Assembly (NCBI GenBank): GCA_001784175.1
Contig: MFPR01000027.1
Location: forward strand, 45,167 to 93,214
Source of the DNA: Candidatus Lindowbacteria bacterium RIFCSPLOWO2_12_FULL_62_27
GTDB lineage: Bacteria > Lindowbacteria > 2-12-FULL-62-27
Reading direction: 5' to 3'
DNA length: 48,048 bases
Positions within the stretch are counted from its first letter, which is position 1. Each line of letters starts with the position of its first letter. Shown in pieces: positions 1 to 10,699 of this stretch. Under the pieces are notes generated by a model. That model worked only from the letters and a program-made list of their open reading frames with translations, was not told the origin of the DNA and made no database searches. The translations under genes were made by a program, and so were the position numbers.

Positions 1-1567
1 GCCGCATGCCCGATTCATCCGCCTCAACGGGCACCGGGCCGTTACTTTCGACCCGGACGCCATCCGTCGTTTTGGCGATCTCCCTCGCGAGGGCGGCCAG
101 ATCAAAAGAACGCCGCACCGGATCGCAGGGCCGCGCGAATTCAAGATATTGGTTGACGATCTGTTTGAGCCTTCGGAGTTCCGACACGACCAGATGGCCG
201 ACCTCGTGCAATTCCGGATTGCGGTGGCCGGACTGCAGAATTTCTGCGGATGCGATGATCGTCGTCAGCGGATTCTTGATTTCATGGGAAACCTGCGCGA
301 CGGCCTCGCCCATCTGCGCGAGCCGCTCCCGGCGATTCAGGCGCAGATTCTCATGGGCGAACGTCAGTTCCTCGCCCAGCGTCTCGATCAGCCGGAGTTC
401 GTCCGGAAAAAACCGGCGGCCGTTCGTTTTGGGCGCCAACAGCAGCGTTCCCGCGAACTGGTGGTCCCGGAAAAAGCCGAAGGCCGCGCCGAGTTCGCCC
501 GCGTCGAACCGCCCCCGCAGGTGGTCTTCATACGAGTCCGGCAGCCGCTCTGTGTCCGATGCGGTGACGGGACCTTGACGCAGCGCTTCAATTTCCCGCG
601 GGGACAGATTCGCGGCCGATGTCGAGAACGTCGATCCCGTCAATTTGAACGTGTCGTTGAGAAAGGCGCAGAACCGCGCGGTCAACTCCGATTCGGATCT
701 TGAAGTCAGGATCAACTTTCTCGCCGATCCCACGACCTCGGCATCCTGAATCTTGATCCCCAACAGCACGCGTTTCAAAAAAAGACGGATCGCCTCCGCC
801 GCCGGACGCAGGCTCATGATTGCCAGGAGCGCCGTGAGGCCGGCCGCCCAGATTGGGCCGATCAGGCGATTCAACCCGAATCCCGCGCCCGCGTAGACGG
901 CGCCCAACCCGCTGTACACAACCAGGTCCAAGGCCAGCGGATGGACCGCGACAACCTCCAGCCGGGCGGTGGCGACGGCCAGGATCGCAAGCGCGACCGT
1001 GCTGCCCAACGCCCCGGTCAGCGGCAGCCGGCCGCTCAATCCCTGAACCAGGTCCGCCAGCCCGCCGATGCTGGCGGCCAGAACCGCGACGAGCATGTAC
1101 CTCGCCCGAAACCGAATGACGGGGTTGGTGTTTCTCCACGCCCGGCCGATGATGAACAAGGCGAGAAGAGTCGCGAGGACAATGAAAATCATGAGATTGA
1201 CTTTCCACCGGTAGGTGATTCCCAGGACAAAACTGACGAGGAAGAACCCCAGACCCACAGCGTAGAGCAGGCGGCCCGCCCGGCGTCCCGGCGACTCGAC
1301 GCTTCGAACCATGAAATCCAGAAACGCGCCGGGCAGAAAACACGCCGCGCCGAACATCAATCGGTATGGAAATGCATTCGGATCCTTGAACGGCCAGGAA
1401 AAAATGAAGCCGGCGTCCCAGGCCAGATTGCAGAGAATGAGAAACAGAAACGAAATGTCGTCCGCGCGGAATTTCCACTTGATCAGAACCGCCGCAAAGA
1501 GCAGCGCCGAGAGGACGACCGCAGCCCACGCAAACATCGTCGGATAAAACGCCGGCGTGACCGTCAT
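1..1567 (-). CDS. Membrane-bound sensor histidine kinase (multi-TM N-terminus, HisKA); C-terminus runs off the window
   Basis: Not in the ORF track because it has no stop in the window. Manual translation from ATG 1567 gives MTVTPAFYPTMFAWAAVVLSALLF... with many hydrophobic segments, then ...RERLAQMGEAVAQVSHEIKNPLTTIIASAEIL... (H-box) and ...QYLEFARP... Confidence 0.9.
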   Translation of the reverse strand, partial: MTVTPAFYPTMFAWAAVVLSALLFAAVLIKWKFRADDISFLFLILCNLAWDAGFIFSWPFKDPNAFPYRLMFGAACFLPGAFLDFMVRSVESPGRRAGRLLYAVGLGFFLVSFVLGITYRWKVNLMIFIVLATLLALFIIGRAWRNTNPVIRFRARYMLVAVLAASIGGLADLVQGLSGRLPLTGALGSTVALAILAVATARLEVVAVHPLALDLVVYSGLGAVYAGAGFGLNRLIGPIWAAGLTALLAIMSLRPAAEAIRLFLKRVLLGIKIQDAEVVGSARKLILTSRSESELTARFCAFLNDTFKLTGSTFSTSAANLSPREIEALRQGPVTASDTERLPDSYEDHLRGRFDAGELGAAFGFFRDHQFAGTLLLAPKTNGRRFFPDELRLIETLGEELTFAHENLRLNRRERLAQMGEAVAQVSHEIKNPLTTIIASAEILQSGHRNPELHEVGHLVVSELRRLKQIVNQYLEFARPCDPVRRSFDLAALAREIAKTTDGVRVESNGPVPVEADESGMR

Positions 1568-1817
1568 GCCGCAACTGTATGTGCGGCTGCGGGCGGCGTC
1601 AAGCAAACCGGAATGCAGTTTCGCAGCCCATGCGAACGTCAGAACGTTTGCTGCGAAGAGACGTTCGCGGCCGCAGGAAAGGCCGGTAAAAACGGCGTTG
1701 TGCGCAACTGTCTCAAAATCGCCCGGTAACGGAGAAACTTCCAGGACCGGCAATCAAAGGCGAGGGATTTGCATCTGGGATGGACGAACCACAAACGAAT
1801 GGTCAGGAGGGGATCAA

Positions 1818-4800
1818 ATGAACGGATTGACGAACACGGAACTCCAAAAAAACGGACTGACGGGCAAATCCCTTTTCGGATATCTGGCAACCCTGGGCTT
1901 GGACGCGTTCAACGACAACGCCTATAAAGTCTCGGTGTCGCTGACCGTGATGGCGAAGTTATTGCCGCAGGAAGGCGGCACGCTTCTGATTTCGGCGGCC
2001 TCGGCCGTGTTCATTCTGCCGTATATTCTGGTTTCCTCGTTCGCCGGCAGTCTGACGGACCGGCTGTCAAAGCGGACCATCCTGGTGGGCGCCAAGTGCG
2101 GCGAGGTTGCGGTGATGGCCGTCGGCGCCGCCGGATTTTATGCGGGACACATCCCGACGCTTTTTGTCGCGATGTTTCTGAACGGCATACAGTCGGCCAT
2201 TTTCAGCCCGGCGAAATTCGCGATCATTCCGGAGCTGGTCGAGGCCGGGGCGATCGCGAAAACGAACGGCCGTGTGGAGGCCATGACATTTCTTGCGATT
2301 GTGTGCGGAACGGCCGCCGGCGCGCTGCTCATGCCGGTCTTTGGAGACAAGTGGATCGGCTTGTGTTTCGTCGGAGTTTCCATGACGAGCCTTCTGACCA
2401 GCCTCTGGATCCCCCGCGTGCCGGCGGCGGACCCCGCGCGACGCCTTGCGATCAATCCGTTCGGCGACGTTTTGCGCACGCTGCGCGGAATTCTGGGCAG
2501 CCATCGGGTCACGGCGCCGATGGCGGGGTTGACCTGGTTCTGGTTTTTCGGCGCGTTTCTCCAGATGTCGTTGCTCCTGTTCGCAAGGCAGTCCCTCGGA
2601 CTCGACGAAACCTCTACCGGGCTTCTTTTGACCGCCCTCGCGTTGAGCATCGGCCTTGGCTCTCTCCTGGCCGGCCGGTGGTCCGACCGGAAAATAGAAA
2701 TCGGGCTGATTCCGCTCGGCGCCGTCGGCATGGCCGGTTGCACAGTTGCGTTGTCCTTTGTGAACACGGCCGGCGCCGCTGCCTGCGCCCTGTTTTTCCT
2801 CGGACTCTTTGGCGGTCTCTTCATCATCCCGCAGGACGCCATGGTCCAGCACAGGACAAATCCGGCCGAACGCGGCCGGGTGCTGGCCGCGTCCAATTTC
2901 CTGATTTTTTCCGGCATCCTGCTCGCTTCAGGCGCGTTTTCGCTGATGTCCGAAATTTTTGGCGCAACGCCGGCATGGGCAATCCGAGCGGCCGGGATGG
3001 CCGCGACGGTGGTGGCCGCTTACCTCGCCGCGAGATTGGCCGCGCCGTTGTTCCGGTTCATGGCCTGGCTGTTTACGCACGCGGTGTTCGACATCCGTAT
3101 TCGAGGCACGGAGAACATCCCGCATCACGGCGCGGCGATCCTCGCGGCCAACCACGCTTCCTTTATGGACATGGCGATCATCGGCGCCTCCGTCCAGCGC
3201 ATGATCCGATTTCTGATGCTCCACGAATATTTCAAGATCCGCTGGTTCAAACCAATCTGCGCGCTCATGCGGGCGATTCCGTTCAAGCCGGGCAACGGCA
3301 TCGAGGCGCTGGAACGGGCGGCGGCGGAGCTGCGGGCCGGCAAGGTCGTCTGCATATTTCCTGAGGGTCAGATTTCTCGAAACGGGCAGATTCTGCAGTT
3401 CCGAAAAGGAATCGAAATCCTCGCGCAAAAATCAGGCGCGCCGATCATCCCCATCCACATCGACGGCATGCGCGGCGGGCCGGTCACAGAAGACCCGACC
3501 GGCCGGAGGACGTGGCTGCCTCGGAAATTTCCATGGCGCGTGACGGTGACCTTTGGCGCGTCGATGCCGGCAACGTCGAACGCGGAATCGGTGCGGTCAG
3601 CGGTGGTGCGCATGAGTTCGGACGCGGTCGCAAACCGCCCGGCGGTTCGGTCGACCTTGGCGGCGGAATTCGTTCGGGCGGCCAAAAAGAATTGGGACCG
3701 CCCGGCCATGGACGACTCCACCGGCAGGTCCCTGACCTACGGCAAGCTGCTGACAGCCGTCGTTTCGCTGCGTTCCATCATCCGCCGGCAGATTCCGACG
3801 GCGAACGTCGGGATCCTGCTGCCGACCTCGGTTGGCGCGGGGGTCGCGAATCTGGCGGTCGCGCTGGCCGGAAAAACGGCCGTGAATTTCAATTTTACGA
3901 CTTCCGAAGAGTCCCTGCATTCGGCGGCCGAACGGTGCGGGATTCGGCGGGTGATCACATCGAGAAGATTTATTGAAAAACTGAATCTGACGCCGCCGGT
4001 CGAGCCTGTTTATCTTGAGGACCTCATGGGCGGCATGTCGAGGATCAGGAGTCTCATGGTCTACCTCGGTCTTCGCATCGTTCCCGCGCAAGTCGCGGTC
4101 AGACTGCTCGTCGATCGCCAGGTTGAGCCGGACAGCCTGGCGGCGATCATTTTTTCGTCCGGATCGTCCGGCGAGCCGAAGGGCGTGATGCTTTCAAACG
4201 CGAACGTCCTCGCGAACGTTTCCGCTCTCACGGACGTGTTTTACGAGCAAACGAACGAACGGATTCTGGGCGTCCTCCCCTTTTTCCACTCGTTCGACTG
4301 GACCGGGACGCTCTGGTATCCGTTGATTCGCGGATTCCGTGTGATCTACCACCCCAATCCGACGGACGCGCGGGCCATCGCAGGCCTGGCGCGGCGGCAT
4401 GGCGCGACGTTCATGGTGGCGACACCGACGTTCTGCCGGATGTATCTGCGCCACATTGCGCCCGGATATTTTGCGGCCCTGCGGACGATCGTCGTCGGCG
4501 CGGAACGGCTGCGGCCGGAGTTGGCGGCGCAACTCCGCGAAACCTACGACGCGGACGTTTTCGAAGGATATGGCGCGACCGAATGCTCTCCGGTGATCTC
4601 CGTGAACATTCCGTCGGTCGGACTCTCAGGCAAGCGCCAGCGCGGCGTCAAGTCCGGCACCGTCGGACGGCCGATCCCCGGCGTTGCGGTCAAGGTGGTA
4701 GACCCCGATACGTTCGAGGAGAGGGCAACGGGCGACGAAGGACTTCTGCTGGTCGGCGGGCCGAACGTGATGCAGGGATACTGGAAGGATCCGGAGCGCA

Positions 4801-5240
4801 CCGCGCAGGCGCTCCGGGACAGCTGGTACGTGACGGGTGACATGGCGATGGTCGACGCAGAGGGATTCATCACGCTGACAGGGCGGCTGGCGCGATTTGC
4901 CAAAATCGGCGGCGAGATGGCGCCGCTCGGACAGATCGAGGAAACGCTGATGGATATGACCGGCGCAACCGATCCCATCCTCGCCGTCACAGCCGTTGCC
5001 GACGAGGCGCGGGGCGAGCGGATCGTAGTCGTGCATACGCAGGACATGGACATCCCGGCGATCCTTGAAGGACTCAAGGCGCGCGGGTATCCCAACCTTT
5101 GGATTCCCAAGCCACTCGATTTTTTCCGCGTCGAGGCGCTTCCGATGCTCGGAACCGGCAAACTCGACCTGATGGCGTTGCGGCGGCTCGCGGAGGAGTG
5201 CACGCGGCCGGCATGCGTGAAGGCGCAGACTTTGGTATGA
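1818..5240 (+). CDS. aas: MFS lysophospholipid transporter (LplT-like) / 2-acylglycerophosphoethanolamine acyltransferase / acyl-ACP synthetase trifunctional fusion
   Basis: MFS N-terminus (DAFNDNAYK, FSPAKFAIIPE), PlsC motifs NHASFMD and FPEG, AMP-binding motifs FSSGSSGEPKGV, EGYGATE, WYVTGD, GTGKLD. AGGAGG RBS precedes ATG 1818, so the ORF-track start at 1557 is probably too long. Confidence 0.92.
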   Translation: MNGLTNTELQKNGLTGKSLFGYLATLGLDAFNDNAYKVSVSLTVMAKLLPQEGGTLLISAASAVFILPYILVSSFAGSLTDRLSKRTILVGAKCGEVAVMAVGAAGFYAGHIPTLFVAMFLNGIQSAIFSPAKFAIIPELVEAGAIAKTNGRVEAMTFLAIVCGTAAGALLMPVFGDKWIGLCFVGVSMTSLLTSLWIPRVPAADPARRLAINPFGDVLRTLRGILGSHRVTAPMAGLTWFWFFGAFLQMSLLLFARQSLGLDETSTGLLLTALALSIGLGSLLAGRWSDRKIEIGLIPLGAVGMAGCTVALSFVNTAGAAACALFFLGLFGGLFIIPQDAMVQHRTNPAERGRVLAASNFLIFSGILLASGAFSLMSEIFGATPAWAIRAAGMAATVVAAYLAARLAAPLFRFMAWLFTHAVFDIRIRGTENIPHHGAAILAANHASFMDMAIIGASVQRMIRFLMLHEYFKIRWFKPICALMRAIPFKPGNGIEALERAAAELRAGKVVCIFPEGQISRNGQILQFRKGIEILAQKSGAPIIPIHIDGMRGGPVTEDPTGRRTWLPRKFPWRVTVTFGASMPATSNAESVRSAVVRMSSDAVANRPAVRSTLAAEFVRAAKKNWDRPAMDDSTGRSLTYGKLLTAVVSLRSIIRRQIPTANVGILLPTSVGAGVANLAVALAGKTAVNFNFTTSEESLHSAAERCGIRRVITSRRFIEKLNLTPPVEPVYLEDLMGGMSRIRSLMVYLGLRIVPAQVAVRLLVDRQVEPDSLAAIIFSSGSSGEPKGVMLSNANVLANVSALTDVFYEQTNERILGVLPFFHSFDWTGTLWYPLIRGFRVIYHPNPTDARAIAGLARRHGATFMVATPTFCRMYLRHIAPGYFAALRTIVVGAERLRPELAAQLRETYDADVFEGYGATECSPVISVNIPSVGLSGKRQRGVKSGTVGRPIPGVAVKVVDPDTFEERATGDEGLLLVGGPNVMQGYWKDPERTAQALRDSWYVTGDMAMVDAEGFITLTGRLARFAKIGGEMAPLGQIEETLMDMTGATDPILAVTAVADEARGERIVVVHTQDMDIPAILEGLKARGYPNLWIPKPLDFFRVEALPMLGTGKLDLMALRRLAEECTRPACVKAQTLV

Positions 5241-5247
5241 CACAGAT

Positions 5248-6600
5248 ATGAAATTCAACGAATCCGGGTGGCTGGCATCCAGAATCCGACAGTGGGTGGA
5301 GAAGGGATTGATCAGCGCCGAGCAGGCCGACGCCATCCTGAAAACCGAAAGCGATAAAACGGGGCCGGTCAAAGCGCTTACCCTGCTCGCCGCGCTCGGC
5401 GCCGTCTGCGTGGCGGCCGGCGTCGTTCTCGTCATTTCGTATAACTGGGAATTGATTCCACGATTTTTCAAGATCGCGGGCCTCATGATCCTGCTGGCGC
5501 TTCTCGCTGAGACGGCGGTCCGGCTGTCGGATGAACGGAGGGCGTTCAGAACGGTCTGTCAGATTCTGTGGCTGTTCCTGCCTCTTGGCGGGATCGGGTT
5601 GTACGGCCAGATATACCAGCTTTCGGGCGACGTGTTTAAACCCTTGATCACATGGCTGGTCCTCACCCTTCCCCTGATTGTGCTGGTCCAAAACACCCTC
5701 GTGACGTTTCTGCATACGGCCGGACTGATCGCGGCGATATTCGCCGGAACATCCGATCCTGGGTCGGTCATATCACTTGTGGCGGCCGACCCGGCCTGGA
5801 GACGTTCCGGATGGAGCGGGACGTTTGGCGAATTGGTCGATAATTTCGGTGTGGCGCTGGTGCTTCTGCCGCTTCTATGGACCTGGGCGTTCCTGCAGGC
5901 CAAACGGGGATTGAATGATCGAAGCGTTGCGTGGGTCCTGCTCACGTGTCTGATCCATGTATGGATACTCGGCGCGGTTCACCGGACACCCTTTACAGTC
6001 CACTTCGCACCGGCGTCGTTCCTTCTGGTAAGCTCACTGTGCGCGCTGTTTTGGGGCGGCAGGCAGATGCTGCTGCCGGCGGCGACGGCTGGGAGGAGTT
6101 GGGGGATCGCCCTTCTGAGCGGCATTTACTACGCGATGACGTATCTGTGGCATGTGCCTTCTGAACGGTTTACCGTTGTGAACCTCGCGCCCGTTCCGAG
6201 GGGGGCGCTGATCGCACTGGCGGCGGGAGGTGTACTGGCGCTGTTGGCGACGATGCCGCGCATCTTCAAACTGATACTTCTTCTGCCCCTGCTTCTGAGC
6301 GCGGCGCTCTGGACAGACGTCTCGACCAGGGTCATCGCCGTGATCGCCAACGCCGGACTGATCGGATTTGCGCTCTGGCTCATGTGCGAGGGCGTTCGGA
6401 CGGCGAATCACAAGTTCATCAACGCCGGCGTCGCGCTGATGGGACTGCTGATCGTCACCCGGTTCATCGACTATTTCGGCTCCCTGCTTCGGAGCGGGAT
6501 CGCGTTCATCGCGGTCGGGCTGTTGTTCATCGGGATGGCGTTCGCACTGAATATGGGCCGCCGGAGACTCATCGAGATGATGAGAGGAGGTGCGGCATGA
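5248..6600 (+). CDS. DUF2157-type polytopic membrane protein
   Basis: N-terminal WVEKGLISAEQADAI, ISYNWELIPR and GQIYQLSG motifs; many TM helices; usual partner of the downstream GDYXXLXY gene. Confidence 0.8.
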   Translation: MKFNESGWLASRIRQWVEKGLISAEQADAILKTESDKTGPVKALTLLAALGAVCVAAGVVLVISYNWELIPRFFKIAGLMILLALLAETAVRLSDERRAFRTVCQILWLFLPLGGIGLYGQIYQLSGDVFKPLITWLVLTLPLIVLVQNTLVTFLHTAGLIAAIFAGTSDPGSVISLVAADPAWRRSGWSGTFGELVDNFGVALVLLPLLWTWAFLQAKRGLNDRSVAWVLLTCLIHVWILGAVHRTPFTVHFAPASFLLVSSLCALFWGGRQMLLPAATAGRSWGIALLSGIYYAMTYLWHVPSERFTVVNLAPVPRGALIALAAGGVLALLATMPRIFKLILLLPLLLSAALWTDVSTRVIAVIANAGLIGFALWLMCEGVRTANHKFINAGVALMGLLIVTRFIDYFGSLLRSGIAFIAVGLLFIGMAFALNMGRRRLIEMMRGGAA

Positions 6601-7118
6601 AGCCGTTGCGGATTCTGCTAGCGGCCCACCTCGCGTTTTTTCTGGGCTGGGCCGGCTTGGAAGAATGGCGCCGCGCCGACTCGACCGTCATATGGCTCCA
6701 AACGCTGCCCATCGATCCCCGGGATCTCATCTCCGGGCACTACATGATCCTCCGATACGGGATTGGCGAGATACGGAACCTCCCGGGGTTTCCGACAGAC
6801 AAGCCGGGCCGCAAGACTCGGGTCGGCGTGCGGCTGGTGCCCGGACCGACTGCGGTCATTCACGGCTCAGAAAAACAAATACATGTGGCCGAATCGGTCC
6901 GGATCCCGCCGCCGCGGAATGGGCCGCAGCCGGACCCGAACAACGGCGTCTGGGCGGCAGGGACGTGGACGGGAAAGGGCATCGTGTACGGCATCGAACG
7001 ATATTATTTCAGCGAAAAGCGGAAAGAGGCGCTGAACACAGTGCGGTCGGGGAAGGTATATGTGGCCGCCATTGTCGGAGAGGACGGAACATTGCGGATC
7101 AAGGATATTGTGTTTTGA
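6597..7118 (+). CDS. GDYXXLXY domain membrane-anchored protein
   Basis: PIDPRDLISGHYMILRY and YGIERYY motifs; ATGA overlap with the upstream gene. Confidence 0.85.
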   Translation: MKPLRILLAAHLAFFLGWAGLEEWRRADSTVIWLQTLPIDPRDLISGHYMILRYGIGEIRNLPGFPTDKPGRKTRVGVRLVPGPTAVIHGSEKQIHVAESVRIPPPRNGPQPDPNNGVWAAGTWTGKGIVYGIERYYFSEKRKEALNTVRSGKVYVAAIVGEDGTLRIKDIVF

Positions 7119-7131
7119 ACAAGGCAAGACC

Positions 7132-8097
7132 GTGACTGACCGGAAAAAAGACCTGGTGGACGTCCACGTTCATCTGCTGGCCCTGCCGGCGCCCGGAAAC
7201 GGATGCCGCATTTCACCGCGTCTGAAAAACGGGCTTCTGGCCCGCGCGCTCGCACGGTTGCGCGGATGGCCGCTCGACGACGCGGACCGGTTCAACCGGA
7301 TGTATCTCGAGCGGCTCTTGCGGGACTTGGCGGAGTCCGAGCGCGTGGGCCGGGCGGTGATCCTGGCGATGGACGGGGTGTACGACGACGACGGCCGGCT
7401 GGACGAACAGAAGACTGACATTCTGATTTCGAACACCCATTGTCTGGAGATTTCACACGAGCATCCCTGCCTCCTCGCGGGCGTTTCGATCAATCCCCTG
7501 CGGCGCGACGCGCTCGACGAGCTGGATCGCTGCGTTCAGGAGGGCGCGGCGCTCGTCAAATGGCTGCCGAATTCGCAGGGATTTGATCCCGCCGACCCGC
7601 GGTGCCTTCCGTTCTACCGGGCACTCGCCGCGCGCGGCATGCCGCTCCTGAGCCACATCGGGTACGAATTCAGTCTCATCGGGAAGGACCAGTCGGCCGG
7701 GGACCTGCAGAGAATACGATGCGCGCTGGACGAGGGCGTGACGGTGATCGCCGCGCACGCGGCGAGTTTCGGCCTCTTCTTCCACGAGCCGTTTTGGCGG
7801 CTGTTCACGCACTATATGAAAACTTATCCGAATTTCCATGCTGATGTGTCGGCCCTCACGCTGCCCAACCGGGCCGGGATGCTGTGGCGGCTTCGGTCGC
7901 GGCCTGAATTTCATGGCCGGCTCCTGTTCGGTACAGATTACCCGCTCCCTGTCTTCTCCTATCCCTCCCTCCGCACAGGCTCGCTCCGTGCATGGCGGGA
8001 GGCACACGCCTGTGCCAATCCGTTTGACAGACATGCGGGTGTTCTCGAATCCGTGGGAATCCGTGCCGATGCGCGGGTGATCAGGGTGTCCGGATGA
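7132..8097 (+). CDS. Amidohydrolase_2 family metallohydrolase
   Basis: VDVHVH, LSHIG, IAAH and LFGTDYP metal-binding motifs; GTG start assumed at 7132. Confidence 0.85.
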   Translation: MTDRKKDLVDVHVHLLALPAPGNGCRISPRLKNGLLARALARLRGWPLDDADRFNRMYLERLLRDLAESERVGRAVILAMDGVYDDDGRLDEQKTDILISNTHCLEISHEHPCLLAGVSINPLRRDALDELDRCVQEGAALVKWLPNSQGFDPADPRCLPFYRALAARGMPLLSHIGYEFSLIGKDQSAGDLQRIRCALDEGVTVIAAHAASFGLFFHEPFWRLFTHYMKTYPNFHADVSALTLPNRAGMLWRLRSRPEFHGRLLFGTDYPLPVFSYPSLRTGSLRAWREAHACANPFDRHAGVLESVGIRADARVIRVSG

Positions 8098-8995
8098 GAA
8101 GCGCGTCGACGATTTTCCGCACCGTTTCGTCCACCGCGGGCGGCGGCATGGAGCATCCGCCGGCTTTGGGGTGACCGCCGCCGCCGAACTGCTTCAGAAA
8201 ATTACCGATGTGCGTCCGAAGGCGCTGGTCAGGACTGAAAATATTGAAGCCCACCGTGACGATCGTCCGGTTCGCCTCGAGCGGTTTCACCCGGACCAGG
8301 ACGTCCGCGCCGTCGAAGAGGACATAGGGAAGGAATTTGTTGTTGCAGAGATCCCGCTCCTGCTCGGTGAGATCCCGCTGGTCCATGATCAGGATGTTCC
8401 CTTCGCGCATCATGCGCTGCAGGATCGCAGCCTTGGACATCTCGAGATTCGCCAGAAATGCCTCGGCCTTGCGCGCAAACGTCGGATGCGCGAGCGCATG
8501 TTCGGCAGGGCCCTCGGAGAGGAGCCGGATCAAAAGCAGGTTGTCCTCGACCGTGCCGTCCATGACCGGCTGGGAGGAGATCAGATGGCTGATCAGCACG
8601 TATCGCCGGGGATCGAGAATGTCGTCCCGCGCGAAGGCCGCGCTGTCGACCTTGTCAGTTTCCCGCAAGAGTTCGTCGTAGCGGTCGAGAATGGGGCCGT
8701 AGGCTGGAGCGTAAAAACGGTAAACCACGCGCGCGGCGCTGGGTGCGCTCTCATGCCGCCCGGCGAACGGCCGGGTGATCACGTTCGAATCGTGGTGATC
8801 AAACCAGAGGCCGCAGCCTTCCACGTAAGGAATATTCACCGCGATGTCGGTCTCCTCGCCCTTCCACCCCTTCCGAATTTCGTCAAGATCGATGAACTTG
8901 ACGTCGCCGATCGGTTCGACGGCGCGCAGAAGAACGCAGGAGGTGATCGCGTCCAAATCAGAGTTGGTGACGATCCGTTTCAAGATTTTACTCAT
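8081..8995 (-). CDS. DHH-family phosphoesterase (exopolyphosphatase/NrnA-like)
   Basis: NSDLDA, WFDHH, PSAARVVY, DKVDSA and C-terminal GGGGHPKAGGC (DHHA1-like). Confidence 0.85.
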   Translation of the reverse strand: MSKILKRIVTNSDLDAITSCVLLRAVEPIGDVKFIDLDEIRKGWKGEETDIAVNIPYVEGCGLWFDHHDSNVITRPFAGRHESAPSAARVVYRFYAPAYGPILDRYDELLRETDKVDSAAFARDDILDPRRYVLISHLISSQPVMDGTVEDNLLLIRLLSEGPAEHALAHPTFARKAEAFLANLEMSKAAILQRMMREGNILIMDQRDLTEQERDLCNNKFLPYVLFDGADVLVRVKPLEANRTIVTVGFNIFSPDQRLRTHIGNFLKQFGGGGHPKAGGCSMPPPAVDETVRKIVDALLIRTP

Positions 8996-9033
8996 TTCAC
9001 AGTATAACAAGCCCGTCCAATGCGGGCAACGCC

Positions 9034-9855
9034 TCAGGCGGGGGACTCGAACCCGACCACCGAAATGCCCGCCGCATCCGATTCCGCCAGCATCTCGTCC
9101 TTTTCCAGCAACAACGTCTGACCCGCCTGGACCGCGAGCACGGTGGCGCCGGAATCGCGCATCCGGTGGATGGTGGCCAAGCCGACCGTCGGCACGTCAA
9201 AGCGCAGGTCACGGCCGGGCGCGTTTGTTTTGACCACCACACAGCCGGCGCCGGCGATCCGGCCGCCGCGCTCGATCGTTTCGTTGGTGCCCTCCACCGC
9301 CTCCACCGCAACGACCATCCGGTTCTTGACGACCACGGTCTGCCCCACATCCAGCGCCGCGATCGATTGCGCCATCCGGATCCCGAACTCGACGTCGCTC
9401 TCTTCACGGTCGTCCGGCGTTCGGCGGGTGAGAACGCCGGCCGTTGGAAGATGGTCGCCGAGAAACGTCACGGAGGACCGGACCGAAAACCCCTCCGATT
9501 CCAGAAAATCGGCCGCCGCATTCAGAATGCCGCCCGTCCGCATGTCCCCCAGCCTTCCCAAAAGCCTGAGCCCGACCAGATCGATCGACGGATGCTTGAA
9601 AAAAATCTCCTTGCGGATCCGCCCGCACATGACAAGTTCCTTGACGCCCTCGGACCGGAAATGCTCCAGAATCCGGCCGATCTTTCCAAGCCCCACCCAG
9701 TACGTCCGGTCCGCGGCGGTCTCGATCTCCGCCGGCGCCGCATTCTCGATCGCGCACGCCACCACCCGCCGCCCGGACCGCCGGGCCGCGCGGGCGAACA
9801 GGAGCGGAAAACTCCCCTCCCCGGCGATGAGCCCGACAGGTTCCAGCCCGGCCAC
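9034..9855 (-). CDS. lpxI: UDP-2,3-diacylglucosamine pyrophosphatase LpxI (DUF1009)
   Basis: GLIAGEGSFP, LDVGQTVVV, AVEAVEGT, DLRFDVPTVG; lies directly downstream of lpxA. GTG start inferred. Confidence 0.9.
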   Translation of the reverse strand: MAGLEPVGLIAGEGSFPLLFARAARRSGRRVVACAIENAAPAEIETAADRTYWVGLGKIGRILEHFRSEGVKELVMCGRIRKEIFFKHPSIDLVGLRLLGRLGDMRTGGILNAAADFLESEGFSVRSSVTFLGDHLPTAGVLTRRTPDDREESDVEFGIRMAQSIAALDVGQTVVVKNRMVVAVEAVEGTNETIERGGRIAGAGCVVVKTNAPGRDLRFDVPTVGLATIHRMRDSGATVLAVQAGQTLLLEKDEMLAESDAAGISVVGFESPA

Positions 9856-9862
9856 AGTGATA

Positions 9863-10699
9863 TCAGCGGTGGATGCCGAGCTGGCTTGCGCGGACGAACC
9901 GCACGAGGTCGAGAACTTCGGGCGGGGCAGACGATTTTTCCAGAAGGTCGAGCGCCTCGGCGACGGTGTGTTTGGGCGACACCAGGACGCGGACGGCTTC
10001 CTTGAGCGCATCGATGACCGGCTTTCCGAACCCGCGACGCTGGAGGCCGATGCTGTTGACGCCGATGATGCGGACCTTGTCCTCGCCCGCGACCCGGCAG
10101 TACGGCGCGACGTCCTTGGTGATTCTCATCTGCCCGCCGATGTGCGCGTGCCGGCCGACCCGCGCGAATTGAATGACGCCGGTCATGCCGCCCAGCACCG
10201 CCCAGTCCTGAACCTCGACGTGGCCGGAAAGGCCCACGCCGTTGGCCATGATGATGTTGCCGCCCAGGTGGCAGTCATGCGCGATATGAACGTAGGCCAT
10301 GAACAGGTTGTTGTCCCCGAGCCTCGTCACGCCTCCGCCGGGGACCGTTCCGAGATGGACGGTCACATATTCCCGGAAAACGTTGTTCCGGCCGATCCGG
10401 AGTTCCGTGATTTCTCCGGAATATTTCAGGTCCTGCGGGATCGTTCCGATGACGGCGCCGGGGAAGAACTCACAGCCGGCGCTGATCTCCGTGCGGCCGT
10501 GGATGGAGACCCGCTCGTGCAGCCGGCTCGGCCCCAGGAATTTGACGTTCTGGCCGATCACCGAATACGCGCCGACATACATGCCCTCCGGCAACTCCAC
10601 GGATGGATGGATGACGGCCGTGGGATGAATTTCGCGGAGGCGGCCGGACCGCCAATCAGTCATGGCGTCCGGTGCGGGTTCACTATTCGGCAACGGCAT
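9863..10699 (-). CDS. lpxA: Acyl-ACP:UDP-N-acetylglucosamine O-acyltransferase
   Basis: IHPTAVIHP, PQDLKY, REYVTVHLGT, HIAHDC hexapeptide repeats, GVNSIGLQRRGF. Start may be 10699 or 10663. Confidence 0.93.
   Translation of the reverse strand: MPLPNSEPAPDAMTDWRSGRLREIHPTAVIHPSVELPEGMYVGAYSVIGQNVKFLGPSRLHERVSIHGRTEISAGCEFFPGAVIGTIPQDLKYSGEITELRIGRNNVFREYVTVHLGTVPGGGVTRLGDNNLFMAYVHIAHDCHLGGNIIMANGVGLSGHVEVQDWAVLGGMTGVIQFARVGRHAHIGGQMRITKDVAPYCRVAGEDKVRIIGVNSIGLQRRGFGKPVIDALKEAVRVLVSPKHTVAEALDLLEKSSAPPEVLDLVRFVRASQLGIHR

Noticed and set aside
6-1729. ORF-track entries 6-578, 149-703, 588-1574 and 941-1729
   Set aside because: Alternative-frame or antisense shadows of the minus-strand histidine kinase.
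9040-9060. GGACTCGAACCC resembling a tRNA T-arm or att fragment
   Set aside because: It encodes the LpxI C-terminus (VGFESPA), has no cloverleaf context and does not extend to match the tRNA-Val acceptor stem.
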